Assembly (NCBI GenBank): GCA_017499595.2
Contig: CM039000.1
Span: 2,170,001-2,234,000, forward strand
Reading direction: 5' to 3'
DNA: 64,000 bases
Origin: Psilocybe cubensis
Lineage: Eukaryota
Part shown: piece after piece, positions 35,037 to 48,373 of the stretch
Layout: every line of letters begins with the position of its first letter
Numbering within the stretch: the first letter of the stretch is position 1
Program-made: the position numbers and the translations under genes
Notes under the pieces: model-generated
What the model was told of the DNA's origin: nothing
The model's input: only the letters and a program-made list of their open reading frames with translations
The model's database searches: none

Positions 35037-36001
35037 TCATATTTGCCATCGCTGCAGTTCAACATAATAATTGGATCGCTCCCACCCATCCTGTACAATC
35101 TCAATCCCTTGCGTATCCTTTTCGCCTTGTGGGGGCTTTTGCCCTACCTGCAAACCCAACTCTGCAGCAGCTTCTAACACAAGGCCAGACAGCTCTCCCT
35201 TGGCGAACATATGATAGTATCGATTGAACACTTGAGGCGAAGTTTGTGTTTGAGGATTATTTGACAGTACCCAAGGAACGATGACATCTTTTCCCGAAGA
35301 TGAAAGTATCTCCTCATCCGCGACGACCTTCCTCTTGGAAAGTTCGTCTTGTTCGATTGCCCACACATAGATCAGTAGACGTCCATGCACAGGCGAAGTT
35401 GATTGTATTAAACACTAGATAACAGCTTCAGCAATATTTTTATTTGACTTGAAAACAACATTATCACCTGAACGGCCATTCGCCTTCTTTCGTGGGTTGC
35501 AAGGTGGTGAATAGTGGCAATCGATATCGCGTAGTCCTGATCCTCGTTGAGCCGTGATCATTTACAAAATAAACGTTCTTACAAAAATCCCCTTTCTCCA
35601 TGGATTGTCGAGGACATTCCCCAACACTACTTCACGAAAAATATTGGCATTTCCTGCTGTCCTTGCAATACCTAGAAGATTTTTACTCCGATCAAGACCA
35701 ATCGTCCAGATATCTCCCGGACGGTCAAGAGGTAAAGGCAGATATTTTCCGTTGCCAGTTCCAGAATCAAGGCCAATGGATCCCGTAGTTAAACTCTGAA
35801 GAAAAGCAGCAATTATGGGCCATGGCTATCCTGACGATTGTTGAGTGGGGGTCTAGAGATTCCATGAGTTGCAAAATTCACCTTATATCGCGTAGAGGAA
35901 AAATGGGAGGCAATTTCATTATAAATTGCGTGAACATTCTGGTCTTCATAGGTCTGAGGATCTCCTTCTACCTTTGCTGCTTCTAAAGCACGGAGAGTCA
36001 T
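35037..36001 (-). CDS. TRM9: tRNA wobble-uridine methyltransferase (Trm9/ALKBH8-type)
   Basis: VHAIYNEIASHFSSTRYKPWP, LDSGTGNGKY, ISIATIHHL, LIYVWA, RYYHMF, ERSNY. Confidence 0.9.
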
Positions 36002-36087
36002 GTTGAGATGATGGAGGCTTGAAACAAAAACTTGAACTAATAACTCGATCAATCGTCTTCTTTCTTGTATCTAATTCATCCATATAA

Positions 36088-36706
36088 TCAAATGAAACCC
36101 ATTTCTTCATCCATAATTCTTGCAAACCGGCTTCCATCAAATGCAGGAAATGGTTTGACGTCAGACGGATCGAAATCATTAATGGTCTTCGCCAAATTTC
36201 TATAATCCATTTTAGAGGCGAAACAGCTGGAAACCGGGCAACACTTACTCGACACTCGTTGATTTAAGATAACCCATTTCTTGCAAAGCTAAAGCAAGTT
36301 CTTCTTGATGGTTGTCGAGAAGAGTAGGATTTGGAACCACTATCATAGGTTTGCCCATTCGGCGGACGTCCAGGATTGTACCGGAACCTGGTGGCCATTC
36401 AGCAAACTCCAACCGATAACCACAACATTACAACCAACCAGCATGGCTCACGACGAGATCTGCTTTTTCGTAATCTTCTTGTAAAGATGGTTTGAACTTA
36501 TAAAATTCAATGTCAACCCCAGCCCTTTCCATCCTATGAGTTTGATTGTCCTGGATAGCCGTAGAAAACTCAAACGCAGAGTTGCCACATTGCACGACAA
36601 GGTTCGTATAACCCTTGGTGCGAAAGCTCAACAGAACTGTTTTTGTGAAGATAGCGGATATCAATGAATCGAAACGAGTGGACCCGACAGTTACGAAGGC
36701 AAGCAT
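36088..36706 (-). CDS. ALG13: UDP-GlcNAc transferase subunit Alg13
   Basis: [41 protein letters not shown]. Confidence 0.95.
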
Positions 36707-36837
36707 GATATTTATGCACGTTAATTTGCCTTACTCAGGTGTTGATACATAAAATGGATAACCGACAGAAAAAATCAAGCAGAATTGGACACAACTAGTA
36801 ATCTCTGCCATAATGATCGTCTTTCTAACCTAACACT

Positions 36838-38167
36838 TCAATTGACTCCCGGATCAATCTTGACAATTACTTTACCCCGAGCTCTCGAGGTCATGATTTT
36901 GTCATATGCAGCTAAAGCATCGTGCAACTCGTACACGGAATCGACGACAGGCTTGACTTTACCTGCATCGAGGAGTGTCAGAATTACGTGAGTAAGTGGC
37001 CTCGCGAGATACCAACCATCCGCTACTAATTTTTGAATTGCATTCAAATCATCGGGGTTGTTTTTTGTGAAGATTACACTAGGTTTTATCGAAATCATTG
37101 ACTCGGAAAGGTTTCAATTATAAGAACCAAAAGGGCTCACGAATATCTTCTGTTTATCCCTCCGAGAACGGCAGGCGTGAACATAGCGAGTAAGGTTTTT
37201 ACTAATTTCCATGCCTCGCCAATGGATATCTTTGTGGGCATAGGTCCAGATGAGATGAAAATGCCATTCGGTGCCAAGTACTTTTCACTATAAGTAAAAA
37301 GAGACGGGTCAATTACACCGACTGCGTCGTAAATGACATGATATTTTGTCGTCGGTGGGTTTTCGAGTAACTGGGCGTAAAGCGGTTTTTTCGTGTAATC
37401 AATGAACTGCGCAATGGCAATCAATACGATCCTGCTCAAGAACCTGAAATGTTATACTTCATCTGCGCCTAATTCACGGACAAGATCTTCATTTTTTTCG
37501 GACGCAGTGGCGATGACTTTTGCGCCTTTCGCTTTGGCAAATTGAATGGCATATGCACCTAATGAGGAGCTACCTCCGTTGATGAAAACTGTTTGGTCTG
37601 CCTCGAGTTTGGCAATGTGAAACAAAGCCTGATATGATGTTAGCGCAGCGACGGTGATCCCAGCAGCTTGGGTAGGAGTAATGTTGGGTGGTCGCTTTAC
37701 AAGTGCGCTAGACGGAACACGCGCGTACTGGGCCAGTGCCCCTTGTTGAGTTTTCCACTGTAAATCTGCGCACAACGTTTATTAGATGTAATCTCCATTG
37801 CTATATGGCACACCTGCAGGTATCCACCCGAATACTGCTTCGCCATCTGTAAACTGTGTGCTATTTTCTTTAACGACGACGCCGGCAAAATCGAGCTCGG
37901 CAACGTGGGGTCGCTTGATTAAAAAGTTGGGTACTGCTACCATCAATTTCCAGCCACTGAGAGCAACAATAAAGTATAGACTTAATCCAGAGAATTTTGC
38001 TTGAAAGCGTACCCAGGATTTAAAGCAGCAGCTTGTATCTTTACAAGGACCTCGTTGTCTTCAAGTTTTTTTGGAACTGGCCAATCCGTTTTGAAAGCCA
38101 AGGCTTTGATAGGAAACCCTTGACGAGTAACGACCCAAGCATGCTGTTCACTAGGTATGGACTCCAT
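36838..38167 (-). CDS. MDR-superfamily NAD(P)H quinone/enoyl reductase (zinc-type ADH-like)
   Basis: VLVKIQAAALNP, ELDFAGVV, VFINGGSSSLG, KPVVDSVY, RARGKVIV. Confidence 0.9.
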
Positions 38168-39122
38168 GAGAGAAGTGAGTAGGTCACAGTCGTTTGCCAG
38201 AAACTTGAATATGTTAGACAGATTCCGTCAGCGCTCGATGCACTGTCGTCATTCTATCTTCTTAATAATCATTAACCATGTTTGGTAAATGACCATGACG
38301 GAAAGTAGTCTCAAGGCGGCAAGATATCAGGGAGTGGAAAGATAGATACAAAGATACAACAAACAAAACGAAAACGGGCGTAATCCAATTACAGTGTTAT
38401 GTAAATTTATAATAGCGAAGAAAAACGCTAAGAACGAGGTATTTATCCAAATTGTTCTCCACGCTCAGCATGTTTCTTGATGTGATTAGGCATCCTTTTA
38501 CGAGTAGACAGGCAGTCATATTTGAGGTTATAATTGCGCCAGTGAAATGAATTCGGAGCAACGGATTGCCGCAATCAGAAGAATTCCCGAGTCAAGCTGT
38601 ACCCCATGACCAATGAGTTACACAAATATCACATAAGATGTACAGCGGAAGTAAAGAATAACGAAGAAATATAACATGGTTTGTGATTCATTTCCCCAAG
38701 ATTGTGTCGGAAAGGCAGCCATAAAAGTTACAGACATAGATATGCTTCCAGCTTGAAGCATTATACAGGTCCATCCAGTTTGATTACAGTCGACAGAACT
38801 AGAGAGTTGAGCTTGAAGCAGAGTTCTTTCTATGAGGCGTGGGGTGTATGGGGCGTATGTGGGTGTGCATGGAGCTTGCGGAAGGTTACGATACCCAGAT
38901 GACAAGCTGAAGGAATTGATGACCAATACAAAATTAAAGCTCCGCTTGACCTGCATTGTCGTGATCCCGTGATGTGATTGCCGCCTCTAGAACAGAACAG
39001 AACTCGACGTTGAACGATCGCCCTCTGCCCAACTCCAACGTTGTGCCCACTGCCGCCTCTGATCTTCCCTTTCTCCCTCTCTAATCCGTATACACCAACG
39101 CACCTCTTGGAAACACCACATT

Positions 39123-42100
39123 ATGGAAGTACGTCGTGCTTTATGATCGTTTTACTGGCCGATTATGTTCTTACTAATCTAATTCAGGTTCTACTTGATT
39201 TCTCAAGAGATTTCGATGTCGGTCTCATGGACAAAGTTGTTATGGCGTTTTACACGGGAGCTGGTCCAGAAGTACGTTCAATCCCACCGCGTCATTGTCT
39301 CTCTGGTCTGATCTGTGTATCCTCTAGCAACAACTAGCCCAGCAAATTCTCACCCAATTCCAAGATAATGCTGAGTCCTGGACAAGAGTACCAGATATCT
39401 TGGAGCATTCTTCATTCCCTCAGACGAAGGCGAGTCTCTTACCACTGCGATTTCTTTGAGCATCTGATTACAACGTCATTTTTTAGTATATCGGTCTTCA
39501 AATCCTGGAGAAGCTTATCATGACGAAATGGAAAACCCTGCCGGAGGGTCAGCGCCAAGGTAAAAGATCTTAACCATCGATATTGTTTCCTTTCAACATA
39601 GGCACTCATCTTGTTCAATAGGTATCCGGAACTTCATTGTCGGTATAACAGTTAAAGTCGCCTCCGATGAGGTCTCCTTCCGAAAAGAGAAGACATATAT
39701 CAACAAACTCAATCTTGCTCTCGTTCAGGTACGTTATCCATCTTCACAATGTGCCTCATGTTACTCACTACCATTTATAGATACTCAAACAGGAATGGCC
39801 ACATAATTGGCCCACATTCATAACCGAGCTTGTGGAATCATCCAAAACCAACCTGCCTCTCTGTGAAAACAACATGGTCATCTTGAAGCTGTTGTCGGAG
39901 GAGATTTTTGATTTCTCAGCGGAACAAATGACACAAACAAAGATAAAAAATCTTAAAAACCAGATGTGCGGTGAATTCTCAGAGATTTTCAAGCTTTGCT
40001 CAGAAGTGCTCGAAGAGGCACAAAAAGTATCTCTCATTAAAGCCACCCTTGAGACCCTTCTTCGATTCCTCAATTGGATTCCTCTTGGTTATATTTTTGA
40101 AACTACCATTATTGATTTACTTCTTAATCGGGTGAGTCCTCTTCTTCTATGGCAAGTATGCAATTGCTGATGGTGTTACGCAGTTCCTTGAGGCGCCCGA
40201 GTTCCGGAATATCACCCTCAAATGTCTTGCAGAGATTGCTGCACTTAATGTCGGAGCCGAATACGACCCCAAATTTGTTATTCTATTCGCTATGGTTATG
40301 ACAGCTGTGAATCGTATGATTCCTCCCAGCACAAATATTGCGCAGGCCTATCAGAATGCTGGTGACTCTGGTCAAGAGCTTGTTCTTAACCTGGCACTTT
40401 TCCTCGCCAACTTCCTTTCTAATCACCTTCGCGTCGTCGAATCGGAGCAGAACCGTGATGTTCTGCTCAATGCTCATTTGTATATGGTCAAAGTATCACA
40501 GGTCGACGAACGCGAGATTTTCAAGATCTGTTTGGAATATTGGAACAAGCTGGTCGCGGAACTTTATGACGAAATCCAAAGTCTGCCTATCGGGGATTCG
40601 GGACTCTTAATGGGGTTGAGCCTAGGGGGCACAAATGGCGCCCAAAACATGCTAAACGGCATGTCTTTGCGCAAAAATATTTACAGTGATGTCCTCTCTA
40701 ATCTGAGGTTGGTCGTCATTGAAAGAATGGTCAAGCCGGAGGAGGTTTGTTTTCAAGCGTAATACACAAACTCAATTTACTAATTTTTTGACCAAGGTAC
40801 TCATTGTCGAGAACGATGAAGGAGAGATTGTCAGGGAATTTATGAAAGAGAGCGACACCATTGTTCTTTACAAACAAATGCGCGAACTCCTGGTCTATCT
40901 TACGCATTTGGACGTCACGGACACGGAAACCATTCTAACCGAAAAGCTCGCTAAACAGGTTGACGGTTCTGAGTGGTCCTGGAACAATTTGAATACTCTT
41001 TGTTGGGCAATTGGTTCAATCTCTGGAGCCATGAGTAAGTGACTTGACTATGCGGCGGAGATCTTACTCACATTCATTTCAGATGAGGAGACTGAGAAAC
41101 GATTCTTGGTCACTGTTATTAAGGATTTACTCGGGCTATGCGAGATCAAGCGCGGCAAGGATAACAAGGCGGTCGTCGCGTCGGATATCATGTACATCGT
41201 CGGACAATATCCTCGTTTCCTCAAGGCTCACTGGAAATTTTTGAAAACTGTTGTTAACAAGTTGTTTGAATTTATGCACGAGACGCACGAGGGTGTCCAA
41301 GATATGGCTTGCGATACTTTCATCAAGATTGCGCAAAAATGTAGACGCCACTTCGTCATGCAACAATCTGGTGAACAGGAGCCATTTGTGGATGAAATTC
41401 TGCGCCTTCTTCACAGGATTACTGTAGATCTTTCCCCCCAACAGGTAAATAGTTTTCTGATGTATTTCCTTGACGCACAAGTCTAATTTTATCACAGGTC
41501 CACACATTTTACGAAGCTGTAGGATACATGATCTCCGCCCAACCTAACAAACCCCAGCAGGAAAAGCTCATTGCTAAATTAATGGACTTGCCCAATAATG
41601 CTGTACGTTTAATCAACACCTGTTGCTCTTTCTGTCATGAACTTAAAATTCGTTGTAGTGGGACTCGTTAATGGCACAAGCCGCGCAGAGCATGGACGTC
41701 CTGGCGAGCAATGACAATATTAAAATCCTAGCCAATGTCCTCAAAACCAATGTTTCCGCCTGCACTTCAATTGGAAGCTTTTATCTACCCCAACTTGGTC
41801 GTATCTTCCTCGACATGCTCGGTCTCTACAAGGCTGTAAGCGGCATTGTTAGCGAGACTGTCCAGAAAGAAGGTAGGCTTCATAGTATTTTTATGGTTCA
41901 ACTAGATAAACCTAAACTTTCATCAATCAGGGGTTATTGCCACCAAGACGCCCAAAGTTCGACAACTTCGCACTGTGAAAAAGGAAATCCTCAAGCTCAT
42001 GGAAACTTACATCAAGAAGGCGGAAGATCTGGACGCTGTTAACAACAACTTCATGCCTCCTTTGTTGGATGCCATCCTCGGAGATTATAGTCGTAATGTT

Positions 42101-43206
42101 CCTGCCTCTAGGGATGCAGAAGTCCTGAACGTGATGGCCACTATTATTCAAAGACTCGGGGTATGTCTTATCTTATGCCGTGTAAATACCTTGTAGCTGA
42201 AAATGCCTCAGCCCCTTCTAACACCACAAGTTCCTGCAATCCTCGAAGCCGTCTTCGAGCCTACTCTGAACATGATCAATCAGGACTTTTCAGAGTATCC
42301 CGAGCATCGTGTGGGCTTCTTCCGACTGCTCCGTGTCATTAATCTGAATTGCTTCCCTGGTACGCGTACCATTTTTGCCACTGGATGAACTCCGTCTCAC
42401 TGTCACTCTTTTTATAGCTCTCTTGACCATTCCACCAAACAACTTTAAGCTTTTCATGGATAGCATAATTTGGGCCATCAAACACACGATGCGTGATATT
42501 GCTGACATTGGTTTGAACTGTATGTGGCATTTAATTGGAATATTGAGTATAGGACGGCGATTAACTGTCCTGTTTCCATTTAGTGTGTCTCGAAGTCGTC
42601 AACAATTTTGCTACAGCTGCCGATCCTGCCGTTACAAATGCATTTTTCCAACAGTACTTCCTCAGCATAGTCCAGGATATCTTCTTCGTCCTGACAGATA
42701 CTGACCACAAGAGTGGTTTCAAACTCCAGAGTGTTTTGCTTGCACGCATGTATCAACTTATTGAAATGAACGTCATCCAAACGCCGCTGTTTGATCCGTC
42801 TCAAGTATCTGACCCAGGAGTAACCAACACGACATTCCTGCGTGAATATACGGCAAATCTATTGAAGACCGCTTTCCCTCATGTTCAAAAGTACGTGTTA
42901 TTTGTCCCCTTTATCTCCACTGAATTAACCCACTTCTTTCTCTGGTTCGGTTTTCACAGCTCACAAGTTACCGTGTTTGTCAATGCCCTTGTCGAGAACC
43001 ATAACGACATCAACCGTTTCAAATTGGCACTCCGTGACTTTTTGATCCAACTCAAAGAGTTCTCGTCGGGAGACAATACAGAACTCTTCTTGGAGGAGAA
43101 AGAGATGGAGACTCAGCAAAAGGCAGAAGCGGAAAGACAGGCCGCGATGCGGGTTCCTGGAATGCTCAAGCCCAGTCAGCTTGATGATAACGACACAGAT
43201 ATCTGA
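39123..43206 (+). CDS. CRM1: Exportin-1
   Basis: [61 protein letters not shown]. Many short introns. Confidence 0.99.
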
Positions 43207-43743
43207 TCTAATGGACGGTAAACGGGACCGGTTGCATCTCTCATGTTTTCTTTCTTTCTTTTTATCCTTCAGGTTTACCCACTTTTACAATGTACAACGA
43301 TCTGATACGTAAAGCCAACACAGCACGCCCCCCTCTTCCCCACCTTACCATTTCCGTAATCTTGTACAGCTTGTCTAGCTTTGCTATCGTTTCCTTTGAC
43401 TTTCTATCTCTCTAACGCTCTCGAAAGCATTGTCTTTTTTTATGTACCAATACCAAACGAGAAATAATGTAGAAGTAATCTTACAAACGCGTCAATCAAT
43501 TGATATTGTCTCGTTTACTTCGCAAGCAAAACCACAAGTGCAAGTCGGCAGTTTGTTCATTTGCTTTTGCGAGTCAACTTGGACAAAAATAGTCACGCCG
43601 AAACATGTAATACGCAACGCGCTTCCTGGTCACTGATTCTTCATTTCATCACCACCATTAACTTGCACCCCATATTTTGACTTCACGCTTGAATCAAGTC
43701 GGTTCATAGTTCAGTATCATATATCTGGCAATCGGGTTGTAGA

Positions 43744-44551
43744 ATGTTCAAAAAGTAAGTTGCTGACCTAGATTATCTAGCCGGTTCATGTGGTTCTGAT
43801 AATAATGATAGATTCTCAGCGGCCACAGATATCGCAGGCCATACTCCTGTTAAATCTTCAGTGCAAAGACAAATCCGAGCTGCGGTCCTTTCCCAATGGA
43901 AGATAGAACCTGAGACTTTGGAAGCGATCTGGCCAAAGAAAGAGGGACTCGTCCATGTCAAGTGGTCCGTTTTAATCAGTACTTTGCATGGGATCGGGGG
44001 ACCGCCATTCTGACGTATTTCGCCATTGCATAGCAGAGAGCACGTCTCAGTGTACACAGTGAACTCCGAGCCGCTATTTTTCCAGCATTTCGACGGACCA
44101 TTCTATCCCACACTGCGCCTTCTGCACAAGTGTATGTGTCCATGTCCATCGTTTGGCCCATCCGTGGATTTGAATTGCTCTTTTTCTTGCTCTTCTTGCA
44201 TCATTCTACACAAATCCTTTTGTTCCGACTAACGTGTACTTTTTTACTTTGACATCAGATCCTTATATCCTTCCCAAAGTTCAAGTTGATCGTGGGGCTA
44301 TCCGGTTCCTTTTGGCAGGCGCCCATATGATGTGCCCTGGAATGACATCCAAGGGCGGGCGCCTTCCTCCTGCGGAGGAGCAGATACCTGCGGAAAACAT
44401 GGTCGCGATCCACGCAGAAGGGAAAGAACACGCAGTCGGGGTTGGGATTACAAAACTCAGCACCGAAGACATGAAGAAAATTAACAAAGGCGTCGGGGTC
44501 GAGACCGCGACATATCTGGGAGATGATCTGTGGTCGCTGACGACCTTATAG
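43744..44551 (+). CDS. TMA20: Translation machinery-associated protein 20 / MCTS1 (PUA domain)
   Basis: [51 protein letters not shown]. Confidence 0.95.
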
Positions 44552-45297
44552 AGCCCATGTGTGGATGGAATTACTCAGGTAATCGATCTGTGAAGGTCGT
44601 GTGTATGTGCCTCCCAAGTTTCCCGACATGGATGCGAAAAAAAATATTATGATCTTCGTTTTGGTCTCGAAAGTCTCGCAGACGTTGATATCACGAAAGG
44701 CTCCATAACACGGGGTGCCGTTGCGATCTATATTCAGAATTCAGAAAATAGGAGATATTGTCAGAAGGCGACACCCTGTGATCAACAGAGGTCAAAAAGC
44801 GCTCATAATGCCCCTCTCTGACTCACAGTGATTTATATGTGAATGCATTCAGTTCTTTGAATGATGGTTGAGGGGAGGGAGATTCTCCGCAGGCACAAGG
44901 CTAATCATCATTGGTCGCAGCCTCTTCTTTCGCAGTTCACGAGTTATGGGTCTGTGAATATCTACTGGAGTCGGTGCCGCCGACAGCACGAAGCTACCAG
45001 CGCTTCCGACAAAAATGTGCATGGATATGATATGATATTGCGAATGACTACAACAATAGCGACGTGATCGATTACACTTGAACTTCTACCCCAGAACGTG
45101 CTGATGGAATGACTATGGCTGAGTTGCGCAGGATGACGATAATTGCCCTCTAAAAGGTTGAATAACGAGCCTAATTACGACAGGCGAACCGGTTCGCGAA
45201 CTCGGTTAGGTAATTAGAGTGGGCTTGCTTGGGCGTGTTTGGATGGACCAAGTGAGTTATTACTCCATCCCATCCCACTTGTGCTTATTTGGCGGAT

Positions 45298-46683
45298 ATG
45301 ATGAACGCTCATTCATTTGCTTATTCGGACTTTATTCCTGTCAAATCCAGGAAAAACAGAAATCGCAAAGGCAAATCATCTCCCCCGCTATCCACCCTGT
45401 TGGCTGCCCTGCAAGAGCAGCTCAGACAGGAGGAATGGTTCGCGCAATGTTCACGTCCGTGTGCCTTCAAGTCCGCTCAAATCCCCGTTTCCATCCTGAC
45501 GTCCGTCTGTTATTGGTAGGAATATTAGATAGCTCGTGGAGTGGCTTCTCTGCGCAAAAACCGGCGGTACTGTGTCTTGGTTTGGGAAGCCCGAGCTCGT
45601 CTCTGGTTGCCCGCGTCCAGCTCGCGTTTCTGACGGAGACTTGTAAGCGGCTTGACATTGTAAGTTCTGAGCCCTAATATCCATCATCCGTCATGATATC
45701 TCGTGTCATCGTGCGCTTCGGTATCATACCTGAACAACTTTACTTGAATGTCCATCCCCTACGGCGTGCTACCTCGCCGGAACCAAACTCATCCCTTGTT
45801 TCTCACAGGCCGCCGATAGCGTATCACTCTATGATCCTATATTCACCACGGAAGATACCGCTCTCTTCGAAGAGCTCCAGATGAATGTCTTGTCCAAAAA
45901 CAGAGCACGTATCTTTTCTGCCGTCATCGTCTACGCACCCTTCTTCTGAGACGAAAGTCATTGACCGTTTGCCTTTGTGCGGAATTTTGTCTTTGCCTTT
46001 CTCTTATTTCAGGACACGGAATCTTATAGTTTGTCCGTCCCAACAATATGCTTCATGCCCCACTGTGACATCGAGCTTTACGACACCCTTCTCCGAGCCA
46101 ATTGGAATAAAGAAGGCCTCTCGAACCTCTTTCTACTCGGTAACCAATTGCAAGAGTATCTAGACAAGTGAGCTCATTCCTACTCCCTATTTCTCTTCCC
46201 GTATTGCTCTCCAACGCACTATTGGCAAAGGATGATGTCAGTTTACTCATATCATTCCCTTTTTTTTTTAAAAAAAAAACTTCTCCACCGCGACTGTTCG
46301 TTTCCCGGAACTAAAGCAAACCAGCAAGCGTGCTGGAGACGAGTGTCCCGTTCCTGTTGCGAGCTGGTGAGAAATGCGACTTATATGTCATGGTCAATCT
46401 CACGCGACCCAATAATCAATTTATTGTAGCCCCGGCACTTGATAGCCAGCCGTTTCCTATTGCAAGCGCTTGGCCTACCGCGTTCAATAACATGTCTGCC
46501 CAATGCGTCTCGCAGTCCCGTCCCGGCATCGTAGACTTGCTGCTAGCTGCTCCTGCTTCTGCAGCTGCAGCTGGTGCCTCTTCGAAGCCCGAAAAGGACA
46601 ATTCATCGGAGGAAACATTGGAAGGGGAAAGCTGCCGCGGTATTTTAGAAAGCGCTCGAGCATCATCTCCTCGGCCGACGTAA
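45298..46683 (+). CDS. SRR1-domain protein
   Basis: LCLGLGSPS..ARVQLAFL, YDPIF, FMPHCDIELYDTLLRANW, LLGN, AFNN. Confidence 0.8.
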
Positions 46684-46979
46684 TGAAACCAATATAATTT
46701 CCCTTTGCCACACGACCGGCGTCCGGTATCCGTCGGAGTTTTTTTTTTCACACCAAGTGTTGTATACAAGTGTTGTACCGTGTATTGACAGTGTGCTCTC
46801 CGTTTCCGGCGTTCTCAGGAAGGATACCAAAAAAACCCCTTATCAATTGGGAATTGGAAACAAGCCTAGGTGGTAATATACGATAAGACATGCAACGATG
46901 GTGGGCATATGTAACTGAGAGACAAGAAGAAAAGACTAAGCGGAGCGAGACGATAGGGAGTAATAATATGAAAAGGGAA

Positions 46980-47900
46980 CTAACACTCTTGATAATGATT
47001 ATACGAAGTATGAACGTGTTCATCTGGGAAGGGAAGGGGATCAAACTCGAAAGGATGGAAATAAGAATCATTGGAGTCGACATAGACACGGGGGCTGGAG
47101 TAGCGCAGTCTACTGCGCTCAGGGGGAAGGGGGATTGAAGCTGCATCTACCAAAGACAGAGAAGAGCTAGACATGCCAATAGAGGGTGTGGTTGGCGCGT
47201 CAGATTCATCGTCCGAGGTGTCTTCTATAGCGTCAGGCACAGGCAGGTCTTCTATGTCGTGGGTGTCATAATAAGGAAGAGGGTCTTCATAGGGAGCTGA
47301 AACAGACGGAATAAGAGGATCAAAATGTGAGTCGAAATGGTAAGCATGGATAAGAGAAGATTGATAAGGAGGATATGGCACAGGATATGGTACAGAAATG
47401 GAAGGCGGATAATAAGCAGGCTGATTCGGAAGGTCGTCGGACGAAGACATGGGTGAGCCCAGGGGACTATACAACGGAAATTCGTCGTCTTCGACGGTTA
47501 TGGTTGCACTATGAGTGTCCGAGTCGACAGCGAATTCGTCGTCATCCTCATCGTCGCCTAGTTCCTCTAGCAGAGAGTCGAGCCACTGGGCCTCCGCGCC
47601 CCGTATACCGGAAGAGGCAGACGAAGGAACAAGCTGGCCCGCGTCTGGAAACATGAACGCGTCAGTTTCCATTGACCCCAATACCTCTTCTGACTCATCA
47701 TCCTCGCTGTCGTCTGTGGGATAGGCAGAGTGTATGTCAGACTGGGTAGCGAGTAGTGTGCTGGTGGTCAGCGCAGGGGAGGAGACGATGGAATTTTTGA
47801 GTAGAACCCAGCGGTGCAGGCTGCAGCTGTCTCGACCAGAGGTGGAGAGATGCAGCTTGGAGCGGGTCAAAAGCGAGAGAGCAGACGAGTCTGAAGACAT
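46980..47900 (-). CDS. Intronless acidic/Pro-rich protein with N-terminal Ecm13/SERTA-like motif
   Basis: Long ORF with LSLLTRSKL..SLHRWVLLKNSI. TATAAA on the minus strand at ~48254-48259. Confidence 0.75.
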   Translation of the reverse strand: MSSDSSALSLLTRSKLHLSTSGRDSCSLHRWVLLKNSIVSSPALTTSTLLATQSDIHSAYPTDDSEDDESEEVLGSMETDAFMFPDAGQLVPSSASSGIRGAEAQWLDSLLEELGDDEDDDEFAVDSDTHSATITVEDDEFPLYSPLGSPMSSSDDLPNQPAYYPPSISVPYPVPYPPYQSSLIHAYHFDSHFDPLIPSVSAPYEDPLPYYDTHDIEDLPVPDAIEDTSDDESDAPTTPSIGMSSSSLSLVDAASIPLPPERSRLRYSSPRVYVDSNDSYFHPFEFDPLPFPDEHVHTSYNHYQEC

Positions 47901-48373
47901 AGAGCAGTTGGTTGATGAAGTCTGTTGCAAAGCAAAGGGTGAGATGGATACGGAAGCTGGTGGGAAATGAGTACGCGAGAACACAAAAAAGAGGTAGAGA
48001 GTGGAGACGTACGTTGGGGAGAGTTGTGTGGGTCACCAGTGGGGTATGCGGTAGACAATTTCAGGTTCAAAGAGGAGGGAGCCGTTCTTGGAGGTGCGAA
48101 CGAGTTTGTTGACCATTCTCGACGGTGGTTAGGCGCCAGGGATGCTGGGCAATGTAGAGCGGACTTGGTTGAACAAGACTAGGCGGACATTGTGCTCGTG
48201 GTCGTTGTGGTTGAGGTCGTGGTTGGGGGCAAGACACGAACAGCGGACGGCCATTTATATCCAAATAGTACCAATGACTCACAGGTCACATAAACGAACC
48301 GTTACTGTGACAGCGAATCGAACCGAGCGAGTCGAATTAGACTAGACTAACTAAGTATGTACATAATTGCAAG

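Noticed and set aside
46260-46279. T-run/A-run palindrome in an SRR1 intron
   Set aside because: Simple homopolymer pair with no other support.
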